Source: Actinobacteria bacterium 13_1_20CM_4_69_9 (GTDB lineage Bacteria > Actinomycetota > Thermoleophilia > Gaiellales > Gaiellaceae). From it: a stretch of 37,282 nt of DNA. Below the pieces are notes generated by a model that had not been told where the DNA came from, searched no databases, and saw only the letters and a list, made by a program, of their open reading frames with translations. Location: positions 1-37,282 of the forward strand of contig MNJC01000092.1 in assembly GCA_001920085.1 (NCBI GenBank). The letters are read 5' to 3'. Shown in pieces: positions 16,924 through 26,133 of the stretch (the stretch's first letter is position 1; the number at the start of each line of letters is the position of its first letter). The position numbers and the translations under genes were made by a program.

Positions 16924-16937
16924 GGACAGTCCCTAAG
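16919..16937. terminator. Palindromic hairpin between convergent acyP and guaA (candidate bidirectional terminator)
   Basis: CTTAGGGAC-a-GTCCCTAAG has perfect 9-nt arms. As RNA it gives about an 8-bp stem with a 3-nt loop. A further GTCCCT at 16942-16947 offers an alternative pairing. There is no U-tract. Confidence 0.45.
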
Positions 16938-16946
16938 ACATGTCCC

Positions 16947-18467
16947 TCATTCCCACTCGATCGTGGCGGGGGGTTTCGAGCTGAGGTCGAGGGCGACGCG
17001 GTTGACGCCCGGGATCTCGTTGATGATGCGGCTCGAGATCGTCTCGAGCAGGTCGTACGGGAGGCGCGCCCAGTCGGCCGTCATCGCATCCTCCGACGTC
17101 ACGGCGCGCAGCACGATCGGGTACGCGTACGTCCGCTCGTCGCCCTGCACGCCGACCGAGCGGATCGCGGGCAGCACCGCGAAGGACTGCCACAGCTCGC
17201 GGTAGAGGCCGGCGCGGCGGATCTCCTCCTGCAGGATCGCATCCGCCGTGCGGAGGATCTCGAGGCGCTCGGCGGTGACGTCGCCGATGATGCGAATCGC
17301 GAGGCCCGGCCCCGGGAAGGGCTGGCGCCAGACCATCCGCTCCGGCATGCCGAGCTCCTCGCCCACGCGCCGCACCTCGTCCTTGAAGAGCAGCCGGAGC
17401 GGCTCGACGAGCTCCATGCGCATGTCCGCCGGCAGGCCGCCGACGTTGTGGTGGGACTTGATCTTCGCCGCCACCTCGTCGTCGCCGCCCGACTCGATCA
17501 CGTCGGAGTAGAGCGTCCCCTGCACCAGGAACCGCACGTCGCCCAGCTTCGCCGCTTCCTCTTCGAAGACGCGGATGAACTCCTCGCCGACGATCTTCCG
17601 CTTCTGCTCCGGATCGTCGACGCCGGAGAGCCGCGAGAGGAAGCGCTCCTGCGCCTGAACGTGCACGAGCGGGACGTGGTAGTGACCGCCGAACGTCTCG
17701 ACGACCTGCTCGGCCTCGTTCTCGCGCAGCAGGCCGTGGTCGACGAAGACGCAGGTCAGCTGATCGCCGACGGCCTTGTGGACGAGCAGCGCCGCGACCG
17801 CCGAGTCGACGCCGCCGCTGAGCGCGCACAGCACGCGGGCGCGGCCGACCTGCGCGCGGATGCGCTCGACCTGCTCCTCGATCACGGCCGCCGGCGTCCA
17901 GGCGGACGGCGCCCCGGCGACGGTGTACAGGAAGTTCTTCAGGAGATCCTGGCCGTGCGGCGTGTGTACGACCTCGGGGTGGAACTGCACGCCGTAGAGG
18001 CCGCGGTCGCGCTGCTCGAACGCGGCGACCGGCGTCGACGTCGAGACGGCGACGACCTCCGCTCCCGCCGGCGGCGCGGTCACCGTGTCGCGGTGCGACA
18101 TCCACACGGTCTGCTCGTCGGGCAGACCGGCGAAGAGCTGCGACTCGACCGCGGTCATCGCCGTCTTCCCGAACTCGGACACGCCGGTGCGCTCGACCTT
18201 GCCGCCGAGATCGAGCGCCATGAGCTGGGCGCCGTAACAGATGCCGAGCGTCGGGATGCCGAGGTCGAAGAGCGCGGGATCGATGCGCGGCGCGCCCTCG
18301 GCGTACACGGACGCCGGCCCGCCGCTCAGGATCAGCGCATGCGGGTTGCGCGCGCGCACCTGCTCGGCCGTCACGCGGTGGCCGACGAGCTCGGAGTACA
18401 CGCGGGCATCACGCACGCGCCGCGCGATCAGCTGCGCGTACTGCCCACCGAGATCCAACACGAGCAC
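16947..18467 (-). CDS. guaA: GMP synthase (glutamine-hydrolysing)
   Basis: ORF 16947-18467 has a GTG start with GAGGAG 6 nt upstream. It combines a GATase1 N-domain, the ATP-PPase motif SGGVDS and the C-terminus …KPPATIEWE. Confidence 0.95.
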   Translation of the reverse strand: MLVLDLGGQYAQLIARRVRDARVYSELVGHRVTAEQVRARNPHALILSGGPASVYAEGAPRIDPALFDLGIPTLGICYGAQLMALDLGGKVERTGVSEFGKTAMTAVESQLFAGLPDEQTVWMSHRDTVTAPPAGAEVVAVSTSTPVAAFEQRDRGLYGVQFHPEVVHTPHGQDLLKNFLYTVAGAPSAWTPAAVIEEQVERIRAQVGRARVLCALSGGVDSAVAALLVHKAVGDQLTCVFVDHGLLRENEAEQVVETFGGHYHVPLVHVQAQERFLSRLSGVDDPEQKRKIVGEEFIRVFEEEAAKLGDVRFLVQGTLYSDVIESGGDDEVAAKIKSHHNVGGLPADMRMELVEPLRLLFKDEVRRVGEELGMPERMVWRQPFPGPGLAIRIIGDVTAERLEILRTADAILQEEIRRAGLYRELWQSFAVLPAIRSVGVQGDERTYAYPIVLRAVTSEDAMTADWARLPYDLLETISSRIINEIPGVNRVALDLSSKPPATIEWE

Positions 18468-18507
18468 CGGGCGCTCCTCGGGAGTGCGCTCCGGCAGCGG
18501 CAGGATC

Positions 18508-19925
<1,418 letters not shown>

Positions 19926-19930
<5 letters not shown>

Positions 19931-20867
19931 TCGACACGGGCTCGAGCTCGCGGACGTCGACGCCGTTCTGGAGCCGCCCCGCGTCGCGCGGCTCGAAGCG
20001 GCCGGCGCCGACCTCGAGCGTGGACGCCGCGCCGGCGGCGACCGCGGCGCGCAGGGAATCCTCGAGCGACCGGTCGGCCGTGCGCGCAGCGAGGAAGGCC
20101 GCCAGCAGGACGTCTCCGGCGCCGACACCCGACACGGGCTCGACCTGGGGCGCGATCGCTCGCAGCCGCACCCGCTTCCGCTCTGCACGGAAGAGGCCGA
20201 AGCTCCGCGTCTCGGAGGTGATCAGGACGTTGCGCGCGCCCATGTCGGCGATCCGCTCGACGGCCATCAGGTAGTCCTCGTCGTCGCGGAACTCCTGGCC
20301 GACGAGGCCCTCGGCTTCGCGCTGGTTGGGCGTGACGAGAAACGGCTCCGCCTCGACGCCGAGCCGCAGCGGAGTTCCCTCCGAGTCGAGGACGGCGGCC
20401 ACGTGCCGGCGGTTCAGGTCACGGATCGCCTCCGCGTAGAACGAGTCCTCGACTCCCCGCGGCAGCGTCCCCGAGAAGACGACCATGTCGGCGCCCCGCG
20501 AGAGGTAGCTGATCTTCTCCATCAGCATCACGAGCTCCTCGGGCTCGACGTGCGGGCCCCACTCGTTGATCTCCGTGTACGTCGCCGTCGTCGGATCGAC
20601 GACGGCGGTCGAGGTGCGCGACTCGTCGGCGATCCGGACAAAGTCGTTGAGGATCGCCTCGGAGGTCAGCTCCTCGACGATCCGGGTGCCCGTGCGCCCG
20701 CCGGCAAGCCCGGTCGCGACGACGGGAACGTCGAGCCGCTTGAGCGCGCGCGCGACGTTGATTCCCTTGCCGCCGGCAAGCGTCAGCCCCTGGCTCGCAC
20801 GGTGACGCTGCCCGAGCTGGAAGTTCGGCACCGTCAGCGTGCGGTCGATCGCCGCGTTGAGCGTGAC
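19926..20867 (-). CDS. PfkB-family sugar-phosphate kinase (1-phosphofructokinase / tagatose-6-P kinase-like)
   Basis: It lies in the frame of ORF 19926-21317. Motifs are VTLNAAIDRT (beta1), GGKGINVA and the C-terminal GAGD. The 5' limit is set at the conserved V codon (20867). The first canonical start is GTG 20831, and no ATG/GTG/TTG/CTG lies just upstream of VTLN. Confidence 0.75.
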
Positions 20868-21910
20868 ACGGCGCGCTGCGCGACGAGCGCGCGGCGTGCG
20901 ACGAGCCGACGGCCGGAGTAGACGCGAACCTCGCCGACATGCTGGCCGCGCGTCACCGGCAGCGACAGCGCCGCCGGCGCGACGACCCGCTCGACGAGCG
21001 GCCGATCGATTCGCACCGCGGCGGCGGCCCCCTTCGCGGCGACGATCGGCACTTTGCCCTTGCCATAGCCGACCGACGCTCTCAGGTACACGCGCTGCGG
21101 GTCGACCACCCACGCCGGCCTGTAGCGCGAGATGCCCCAGCGCAGCAGCGCGGCAAGGTCGGCGTTCCGCTGCGACCGCGTCGGGCTGCCGAGCACCGTC
21201 GTGTAGAGCGTGACGCCGTTCCGCCGCACGGCCGCGACCTCGCACCAGCCCGCCGCTGACGTGTGACCGGTCTTGACGCCGTACAGCCCGCCGAACACGC
21301 CGAGCAAGTCGTTCCACGTGTGCAGCCGGCGGCCGCCCGAGATGGACGCCGTCCGCTCGCGCACCACCGCACGGATGCGCGGATCCCGCATCGCGGCCTC
21401 GGCGAGCCGCGTCACGTCGAGCGCCGTCGAATAGTGGTTGCTCGCGTCGAGGCCGTCCGGTCGCGCGAAGTGCGTGCGCGCCAGGCCGAGCTCGGACGCC
21501 TTGAGATTCATCATCCGGACGAACGCTGCCTCGTTGCCGCGCGCGACGTAGTCGGCGAGCGCGTCCGCCGCGTCGTTCGCGCTCTGGATCAGCGCGCCCT
21601 TCACGAGATCGCCGACGGTAATCCGCTCACCGGCATGCAGGTTGATCGTCGACTCGCCCACGTCCGCGGCCTCGCGCTGCACGCGCACGACGTCCGTCAA
21701 CTTCGCGTGGTCGAGCGCAACCATGATCGTCATCAGCTTGGTGATGCTCGCGATCGGCACTCGCGCCCACGCTCGCCTCTGCGCGAGAACCTCGCCCGTT
21801 GCGGGATTGACGACGAAGTACGCGCGGGCCGAGACGGCAGGTGCGCCGGCATGTGCAGGAGTTGCGAAGACGAGCGCCGCAGCTGCAACGGCGAGCAGGC
21901 GAAGCCTCAC
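20834..21910 (-). CDS. D-alanyl-D-alanine carboxypeptidase (S11, PBP5/6-like)
   Basis: It lies in the frame of ORF 20834-22534. The start is GTG 21910 and gives the signal peptide MRLRLLAVAAAALVFATPAHA. SITK (SxxK), SAN (SxN) and KTG motifs are present, plus a PBP5_C-like end. A TAGCCT hexamer lies 8 nt upstream. TTG 21919 is the alternative start. Confidence 0.85.
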   Translation of the reverse strand: MRLRLLAVAAAALVFATPAHAGAPAVSARAYFVVNPATGEVLAQRRAWARVPIASITKLMTIMVALDHAKLTDVVRVQREAADVGESTINLHAGERITVGDLVKGALIQSANDAADALADYVARGNEAAFVRMMNLKASELGLARTHFARPDGLDASNHYSTALDVTRLAEAAMRDPRIRAVVRERTASISGGRRLHTWNDLLGVFGGLYGVKTGHTSAAGWCEVAAVRRNGVTLYTTVLGSPTRSQRNADLAALLRWGISRYRPAWVVDPQRVYLRASVGYGKGKVPIVAAKGAAAAVRIDRPLVERVVAPAALSLPVTRGQHVGEVRVYSGRRLVARRALVAQRAVSRSTRRSTAR

Positions 21911-21918
21911 GAGCCTCA

Positions 21919-21924
21919 AGGCTA
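21919..21924 (-). promoter_or_regulatory. -10-like hexamer for a leaderless D-Ala-D-Ala carboxypeptidase gene
   Basis: On the minus strand, TAGCCT is followed by 8 nt and then GTG 21910. Its TAG is the LysM gene stop codon. Confidence 0.35.
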
Positions 21925-22191
21925 GCCGACGCGTATGCGCTGCCCGGGCTGGAGCGCGCTCGGGTCGACGCCGGGATTGAGCGTCAGCAGTTGATCGACC
22001 GTCGTGTTGTACTTCGCCGCCACCTCGCCCAGTGTGTCGCCGCTCTGGACCACGTAATACTGCGCGTTGGCCGGCGTCGTGGTGCTGACGGTGGCGGAGT
22101 CGGTAAGGGTGATCGTCGTCGTCGGCGCTGCCGCGTTCGTGGTCTGCGCGGAGGTCGTCGGCGCGCGCGCCAGCCGCGCGCCACTTACCAG
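21922..22191 (-). CDS. LysM domain protein (Thr/Pro/Ala linker + single C-terminal LysM); start unresolved, possibly an N-terminally truncated remnant
   Basis: The C-terminal 45 aa, YYVVQSGDTLGEVAAKYNTTVDQLLTLNPGVDPSALQPGQRIRVG, form a clear LysM domain. The only in-frame start candidates downstream of pyrF are CTG 22191 (a CTGGTAA overlap with the pyrF stop), another CTG, an ATC, and GTG inside the LysM domain. Confidence 0.5.
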   Translation of the reverse strand: MVSGARLARAPTTSAQTTNAAAPTTTITLTDSATVSTTTPANAQYYVVQSGDTLGEVAAKYNTTVDQLLTLNPGVDPSALQPGQRIRVG

Positions 22192-23093
22192 CCAGAGACG
22201 GCCCAGACCTCGCGCCGCAGCCTGGCCGCCTCGGCGGCGGCGGCCGTGCGCCAGTCCTCGCCGCTCGAGCGGAAGGCGTAGAGCACGCTCCGCGAGGCGC
22301 TGACGAGCGCGCTCGCCGGGCCGCTCGTGAACGCGCGGGCAACGTCCGCCGGAGTCGCGCCCTGCGCGCCGACGCCCGGCAGGAGCAGGATCGAGCGCGG
22401 GAGCAGCTTCCTCGCCTCGCCCACGGCCCTGGGGTGCGTGGCGCCGACAACTGCGCCGACGGCGGAGAGGCCGCGCTCGCCGACGAGGTCGGCGCCCCAT
22501 TCCGCCACGAGCTCGGCCACCTGATGCCAGACATGGCGGCCGTCGGAGAGGACGAGATCCTGCACCTCGCCGCCGCCGGCGTTCGACGTCTTGACCACGC
22601 AGAAGAGACCGGCGCCGCCCCGGCGGCACGCCGCGAGGAACGGGTCGAGCGAGTCCCGCCCGAGATAGGGGTTCACGGTCACGGCGTCGGCGAGCGGCTC
22701 ACGGCCGTCGGCCCCCTCGAGATACGCGGACGCGTACGCCCGCGCGGTCGAGCCGATGTCACCGCGCTTCGCGTCGGCGATCACCTGGAGGCCCGCCGCA
22801 CGCGCATAAGCGCACACGTTCTCGAGCCCACGGATGCCGTCGGAGCCGAGGGCCTCGAAAAACGCGACCTGCGGCTTGACCGCCACGACGTACGGCGCGA
22901 CCGCGTCGACGATGCCGCGGCAGAAGCGGGCGCACGCGTCGGCGGCGTCCGGCCGTCCGAGGTGCGCATCTCCGCGCAGCTCCACCGGGAGCAGGTCGGG
23001 ACGCGGATCGAGCCCGACGACGAGTTGCGACCGCTTGTGCTCGACGGCCTCCGCGAGGCGGTCGGCGAAGTGCGTCGTCGCGACGGTCGCCAC
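22185..23093 (-). CDS. pyrF: Orotidine 5'-phosphate decarboxylase (type 2)
   Basis: It lies in the frame of ORF 22185-23162. Motifs are …LVVGLDP…, DAKRGDIGST and LLLPGVGAQG. GTG 23093 is preferred as start because of a TACGCT hexamer 7 nt upstream. The longer TTG 23162 start lies inside the hup terminator hairpin. Confidence 0.85.
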   Translation of the reverse strand: MATVATTHFADRLAEAVEHKRSQLVVGLDPRPDLLPVELRGDAHLGRPDAADACARFCRGIVDAVAPYVVAVKPQVAFFEALGSDGIRGLENVCAYARAAGLQVIADAKRGDIGSTARAYASAYLEGADGREPLADAVTVNPYLGRDSLDPFLAACRRGGAGLFCVVKTSNAGGGEVQDLVLSDGRHVWHQVAELVAEWGADLVGERGLSAVGAVVGATHPRAVGEARKLLPRSILLLPGVGAQGATPADVARAFTSGPASALVSASRSVLYAFRSSGEDWRTAAAAEAARLRREVWAVSGW

Positions 23094-23100
23094 GTCAAGC

Positions 23101-23106
23101 AGCGTA
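23101..23106 (-). promoter_or_regulatory. -10-like hexamer for leaderless pyrF
   Basis: On the minus strand, TACGCT is followed by 7 nt and then GTG 23093. It lies downstream of the hup terminator hairpin. Confidence 0.4.
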
Positions 23107-23147
23107 CTGACCTCCGACGACGGCGCCCGGACAGGTGCCGTGAGACA

Positions 23148-23176
23148 GCGAAGGCCGCGCAACGCGCGGCCTTCGC
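23148..23176 (-). terminator. Strong GC-rich hairpin downstream of hup
   Basis: GCGAAGGCCGCGC-aac-GCGCGGCCTTCGC has 13-nt perfect arms, starting 22 nt after the hup stop. There is no U-tract, as in the tail-less hairpin terminators described in high-GC Actinobacteria. Confidence 0.6.
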
Positions 23177-23197
23177 TCCAAGACGTCGAGAGTGTGC

Positions 23198-23479
23198 CTA
23201 GCCGCCCTTGACGGCCTGCTTCAACTGACTCCCTGCGCTGAACTTCGGCACCGTGGCAGCCGGGATCGTCACTTTCTGCGACGGGTTGCGCGGATTCACG
23301 CCTTGCCGCTCGGCGCGCCGCTGCGTGGTGAACTTCCCGAAGCCGGTGAACGCGACTTCGCCGCCGCCCCGCAGTGTGTCGGTGATCGCGTCGAGGAAGG
23401 CGTCCACGGCCCTCGCCGCATCACGGCTCGAGAGGCCCGACTTGTTGGCGACCTCGTTGACGAACTCCTGTTTGGTCAA
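23198..23479 (-). CDS. hup: HU family DNA-binding protein
   Basis: The start is TTG 23479 within ORF 23198-23515, with a GGAGGA Shine-Dalgarno 7 nt upstream. MTKQEFVNEVANKSGLS…GFGKF…RNPRN/P…IPA is the typical HU pattern. It is 93 aa. Confidence 0.9.
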   Translation of the reverse strand: MTKQEFVNEVANKSGLSSRDAARAVDAFLDAITDTLRGGGEVAFTGFGKFTTQRRAERQGVNPRNPSQKVTIPAATVPKFSAGSQLKQAVKGG

Positions 23480-23518
23480 GTCCCGCTCCTCCTGTCGACG
23501 TTCGGACGACGGCAAAAG

Positions 23519-23524
23519 ACCCTA
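23519..23524 (-). promoter_or_regulatory. -10-like hexamer for hup (leadered transcript)
   Basis: On the minus strand, TAGGGT lies 39 nt upstream of TTG 23479. The implied 5' UTR of roughly 30 nt contains the GGAGGA Shine-Dalgarno. Confidence 0.35.
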
Positions 23525-23543
23525 ACAGCCGGGCCGGATCCGC

Positions 23544-24101
23544 TCAACCATGCGGTTTTGCGGGGGTTTTCACCGCTTCCAGAACCTCGCTGGCCCGGAA
23601 AATCGGAGCGAGGCGGATGCCCTGGTCGCCGAGGGCCTCGGCTCCGCCCTCCTCGCGATCGACGACGCAGACGGCCGTACGCACGACGAGACCGGCCGCA
23701 CGAAGCGCCTCCACTGCATCCACGAGCGCGCCGCCCGACGTGACCACGTCCTCGACGAGGCAGACGAGATCGCCCTCCTCGTACGCGCCTTCGAGTCGGT
23801 TCGACGTGCCGTGCTCCTTCGCCCCCTTCCGCACGATCACGAACGGGAGACCGCTCGCGAGCGAGCCCGCCGCCGCCAGCGCGACGGCGCCGAGCTCCGG
23901 GCCGGCGAGGCGGACCGCGTCGGGCTCGAGCTCCTCGACCGAGGCGGCGATGCGCTCGCCGAGCGCGCCGAGGATGTCCGGGCGCGTCTCGAAGCGGTAC
24001 TTGTCGAGGTAGTAGCGCGAGCGCCTCCCCGACCGCAGCACGAAGTCGCCCTCGAGATACGCCGCTTCGCGGAGCGCGAGCTTCAGCTCGTCGTCGGTCA
24101 A
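23544..24101 (-). CDS. pyrE: Orotate phosphoribosyltransferase
   Basis: ORF 23544-24101 has a TTG start in a TTGA overlap with the upstream stop. FVLRSGRRSRYYLD and the PRPP loop LVEDVVTSGG are present. Confidence 0.9.
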   Translation of the reverse strand: MTDDELKLALREAAYLEGDFVLRSGRRSRYYLDKYRFETRPDILGALGERIAASVEELEPDAVRLAGPELGAVALAAAGSLASGLPFVIVRKGAKEHGTSNRLEGAYEEGDLVCLVEDVVTSGGALVDAVEALRAAGLVVRTAVCVVDREEGGAEALGDQGIRLAPIFRASEVLEAVKTPAKPHG

Positions 24102-24304
24102 GCCGTACGCGTCTGGCCGATGAGCTGGCGCGCAAGCGGGAGCAGCCGGTCGGCGCCCGGCGAGCCGTTCGAGAGGGACAGCATCGAGCCGTCCTCGAAG
24201 TACAGATCGGCGCGCTCGGCGTGTGCCGTGCGGCGGCGGATGAACGCCGCGCCGATGAACAGGCCGATGAGCACGCCGAAGAGGAGCGCCCCGCTACGAC
24301 GCAT
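24098..24304 (-). CDS. Small single-pass membrane protein (68 aa), uncharacterized
   Basis: The start is ATG 24304 within ORF 24098-24424; upstream of it the frame is an Arg-rich shadow of the neighbour's tail. There is one hydrophobic helix (ALLFGVLIGLFIGAAFI) followed by about 40 soluble residues. It overlaps the upstream gene by 11 nt and pyrE by 4 nt. Confidence 0.55.
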   Translation of the reverse strand: MRRSGALLFGVLIGLFIGAAFIRRRTAHAERADLYFEDGSMLSLSNGSPGADRLLPLARQLIGQTRTA

Positions 24305-24740
24305 CGGGCTTCTTCCGCGCACGCGGCGCCGCAGGCTTCTTCGCGGCCGGCTTCTTCGCCGCCGCCTTCGGCTTCTCGGCGTCCGGCTTCGGCTTCGCCC
24401 TCGGCCGCGGCTTCGGCTTGCCACTGCGAAGAGCCGACTTCAGGTCGTAGAAGACGAGCCCGACGGTCGGCTCTGGCGCTGTGGTCGCGGCAATCGTCGT
24501 CTTGCCCTCACGCACGACGAAGAGGCTGCCGTCACCGGTCGCGATCTCGAGCTGTGTGAGTGGGGCGTCGCCGGTCTTCAGCTCGTCCGCGGCCGCGAGC
24601 AGCTCGGCCGCGCCCTTCGCCAGCGCGTCCCCGTCCGCCAGCGTCGAGCCGACGACCTTGCCCTTGTCGTCGAACACGACCGCTGCCTCGATCTGCGACG
24701 AGATCTCCGTCAGGTCGGCGAGCGCTTGCTGGGCATCCAT
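24294..24740 (-). CDS. Roadblock/LC7 (MglB-like) domain protein with C-terminal Lys/Pro/Ala-rich tail
   Basis: ORF 24294-24740. The first ~105 aa follow the Roadblock pattern (…IEAAVVFDDKGKVVGST…LFVVREGKTTIAATTAPEPTVGLVFYDLKSAL). The last ~40 aa are KPKPRPRAKPKPDAEKPKAAAKKPAAKKPAAPRARKKP. Confidence 0.7.
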   Translation of the reverse strand: MDAQQALADLTEISSQIEAAVVFDDKGKVVGSTLADGDALAKGAAELLAAADELKTGDAPLTQLEIATGDGSLFVVREGKTTIAATTAPEPTVGLVFYDLKSALRSGKPKPRPRAKPKPDAEKPKAAAKKPAAKKPAAPRARKKPDAS

Positions 24741-24748
24741 CGGGCTTC

Positions 24749-24758
24749 AGTCTAGGGT
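24749..24758. promoter_or_regulatory. Overlapping divergent -10-like hexamers (Roadblock operon / yihY-family gene)
   Basis: On the minus strand, TAGACT (24754-24749) is followed by 8 nt and then ATG 24740. On the plus strand, TAGGGT (24753-24758) is followed by 7 nt and then GTG 24766. The whole intergenic region is 25 nt. Confidence 0.5.
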
Positions 24759-24765
24759 CCGGCCC

Positions 24766-25593
24766 GTGCGTGTGCGAAGACGGGACCTCTGGCGCAAGTT
24801 CTTCGCCGACCGGGGCACGCACCTCGCCGCGATGATCGCGTACTTCGCGCTGCTGTCGTTCGTGCCGCTGACGTTTCTCGCGCTTTCGGTGCTCGGTTTG
24901 ACGGGACGCGCGGACGAGTCGTCCTTCCTGGTGAAGGAGATCAGGCACACGCTGCCAGGGACGCCGATCGACGGGATCGTCAATCTCGTGCACACCGTCC
25001 AGGACAACGCCGCGGCGCTCGGGCTCATCGGCGCTGCTGCGCTGATCTGGACGTCGTTGTCGCTGTTCAGCGTGCTCGAGTCCGCCTTCAACATCGTGTA
25101 CGGGCGCCCGAATCGTTCGTTCCTGCACGGCAAGACTCTCGCGAGCGTCCTGATGGTCGCGTCGCTGACGACGTTGTTCGTGTCGCTGCTCGCGGGCTCC
25201 CTCGGCGTGTCGGCGCTGAAGGAGTACGCACCCGGGTTCGTCGGCAACGACATCACCGCATACATCGTCTCGATCGCCGTGTCGCTGGCCGGCGTGTTCG
25301 TCTTTCTCGTGTCGTGTTACTACGTGCTGACGAACGAGACGCTGACCATCCGCGAGGTGCTGCCCGGCGCGGTGTTCGCGTCCGTCCTGCTCGAGGCGAC
25401 GTTCCAGGTCCTGCCCTTCTACCAGCGCTACGCCGACCTCAACCCCGGGCTGCGGGCGTTCGGAGCGCCGGCGATCCTGCTCGTCTGGCTCTACGTGATG
25501 GCGAACGTGATCGTCTTCGGCGCAGAACTGAACTGGTGGCGCTCGCGGCGCAGGGAGCAGCGGGCCGTCGAGGAGCTACCCGGTCTGGCGTAG
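24766..25593 (+). CDS. YihY/virulence factor BrkB family membrane protein
   Basis: The start is GTG 24766 within ORF 24481-25593. …LAAMIAYFALLSFVPL… and multiple TM segments are present. A TAGGGT hexamer lies 7 nt upstream of the start. Confidence 0.8.
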   Translation: MRVRRRDLWRKFFADRGTHLAAMIAYFALLSFVPLTFLALSVLGLTGRADESSFLVKEIRHTLPGTPIDGIVNLVHTVQDNAAALGLIGAAALIWTSLSLFSVLESAFNIVYGRPNRSFLHGKTLASVLMVASLTTLFVSLLAGSLGVSALKEYAPGFVGNDITAYIVSIAVSLAGVFVFLVSCYYVLTNETLTIREVLPGAVFASVLLEATFQVLPFYQRYADLNPGLRAFGAPAILLVWLYVMANVIVFGAELNWWRSRRREQRAVEELPGLA

Positions 25594-26133
25594 GAGCTCG
25601 CGGGCCGCGCTCGCCCGGTGCGAGTGGCGCGCCTTCCACTCGTCGCCGAGCTCGGCAACGGTGCGCTCCTCGCCGTCGGGCACGAACACCGGATCGAAGC
25701 CGAACCCCTCGGAGCCGCTGGACCCGTGCGCGATTCGCCCGCTGAGGGTGCCGGTGCCGCGCAGCTCTTTCCCGTCCGGGCCGATCGCGACGAGCTCCGA
25801 CACGTAGCGTGCGCGCCGGCCCTCGTCTTCGACACCATCGAGCGCGCCGAGCAGCCAGCCGACCTCGTCGCCGGCGGCGCTGCGCGACGAGGTCACTCCG
25901 GGCCCGCCGCCGAGGCCGTCGACCTCGATGCCGGAGTCCTCCCCGAGCGCCCAGGCCTCGGCCGGCGCGCGCCCGCGCGCGAAGAGTGCCTTGCCGCTGG
26001 CGTTCTCGTAGTACGTCGCGCCCGTCTCGGGCGGGTAGTCGTCCGCAGCGAGCACGTCGATCCGCCAGCCGGGCAGGAGCCGCTCGAGCTCGCGCGCCTT
26101 GTGCGCGTTGCGCGATGCGAGGACGGCCCTCAA
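25576..26133 (-). CDS. rdgB: Non-canonical purine NTP pyrophosphatase (dITP/XTP; Ham1/RdgB family)
   Basis: ORF 25576-26133 has a TTG start in a TTGA overlap. ASRNAHKARE and GFGFDPVF motifs are present. Its 3' end overlaps the yihY-family 3' end by 18 nt. Confidence 0.85.
   Translation of the reverse strand: MRAVLASRNAHKARELERLLPGWRIDVLAADDYPPETGATYYENASGKALFARGRAPAEAWALGEDSGIEVDGLGGGPGVTSSRSAAGDEVGWLLGALDGVEDEGRRARYVSELVAIGPDGKELRGTGTLSGRIAHGSSGSEGFGFDPVFVPDGEERTVAELGDEWKARHSHRASAARELLRQTG

Noticed and set aside
20865-20869. A single-base indel restoring a GTG start for the PfkB-family kinase
   Set aside because: Putting GTG 20869 in frame with VTLN would also put the carboxypeptidase frame into the kinase frame with no stop, creating a fusion. 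It therefore does not give a consistent two-gene solution.
23094-23162. TTG 23162 as the pyrF start (the longest ORF)
   Set aside because: That codon lies inside the 13-bp hup terminator hairpin (23148-23176), and the extra residues are not PyrF-like. GTG 23093 has a TACGCT hexamer at leaderless spacing.
24305-24424. The Arg-rich N-terminal extension of ORF 24098-24424
   Set aside because: It is the out-of-frame reading of the AAG/CCG/GCC-rich tail of the Roadblock gene (RSRGRGRSRSR…). The membrane protein most plausibly starts at ATG 24304.
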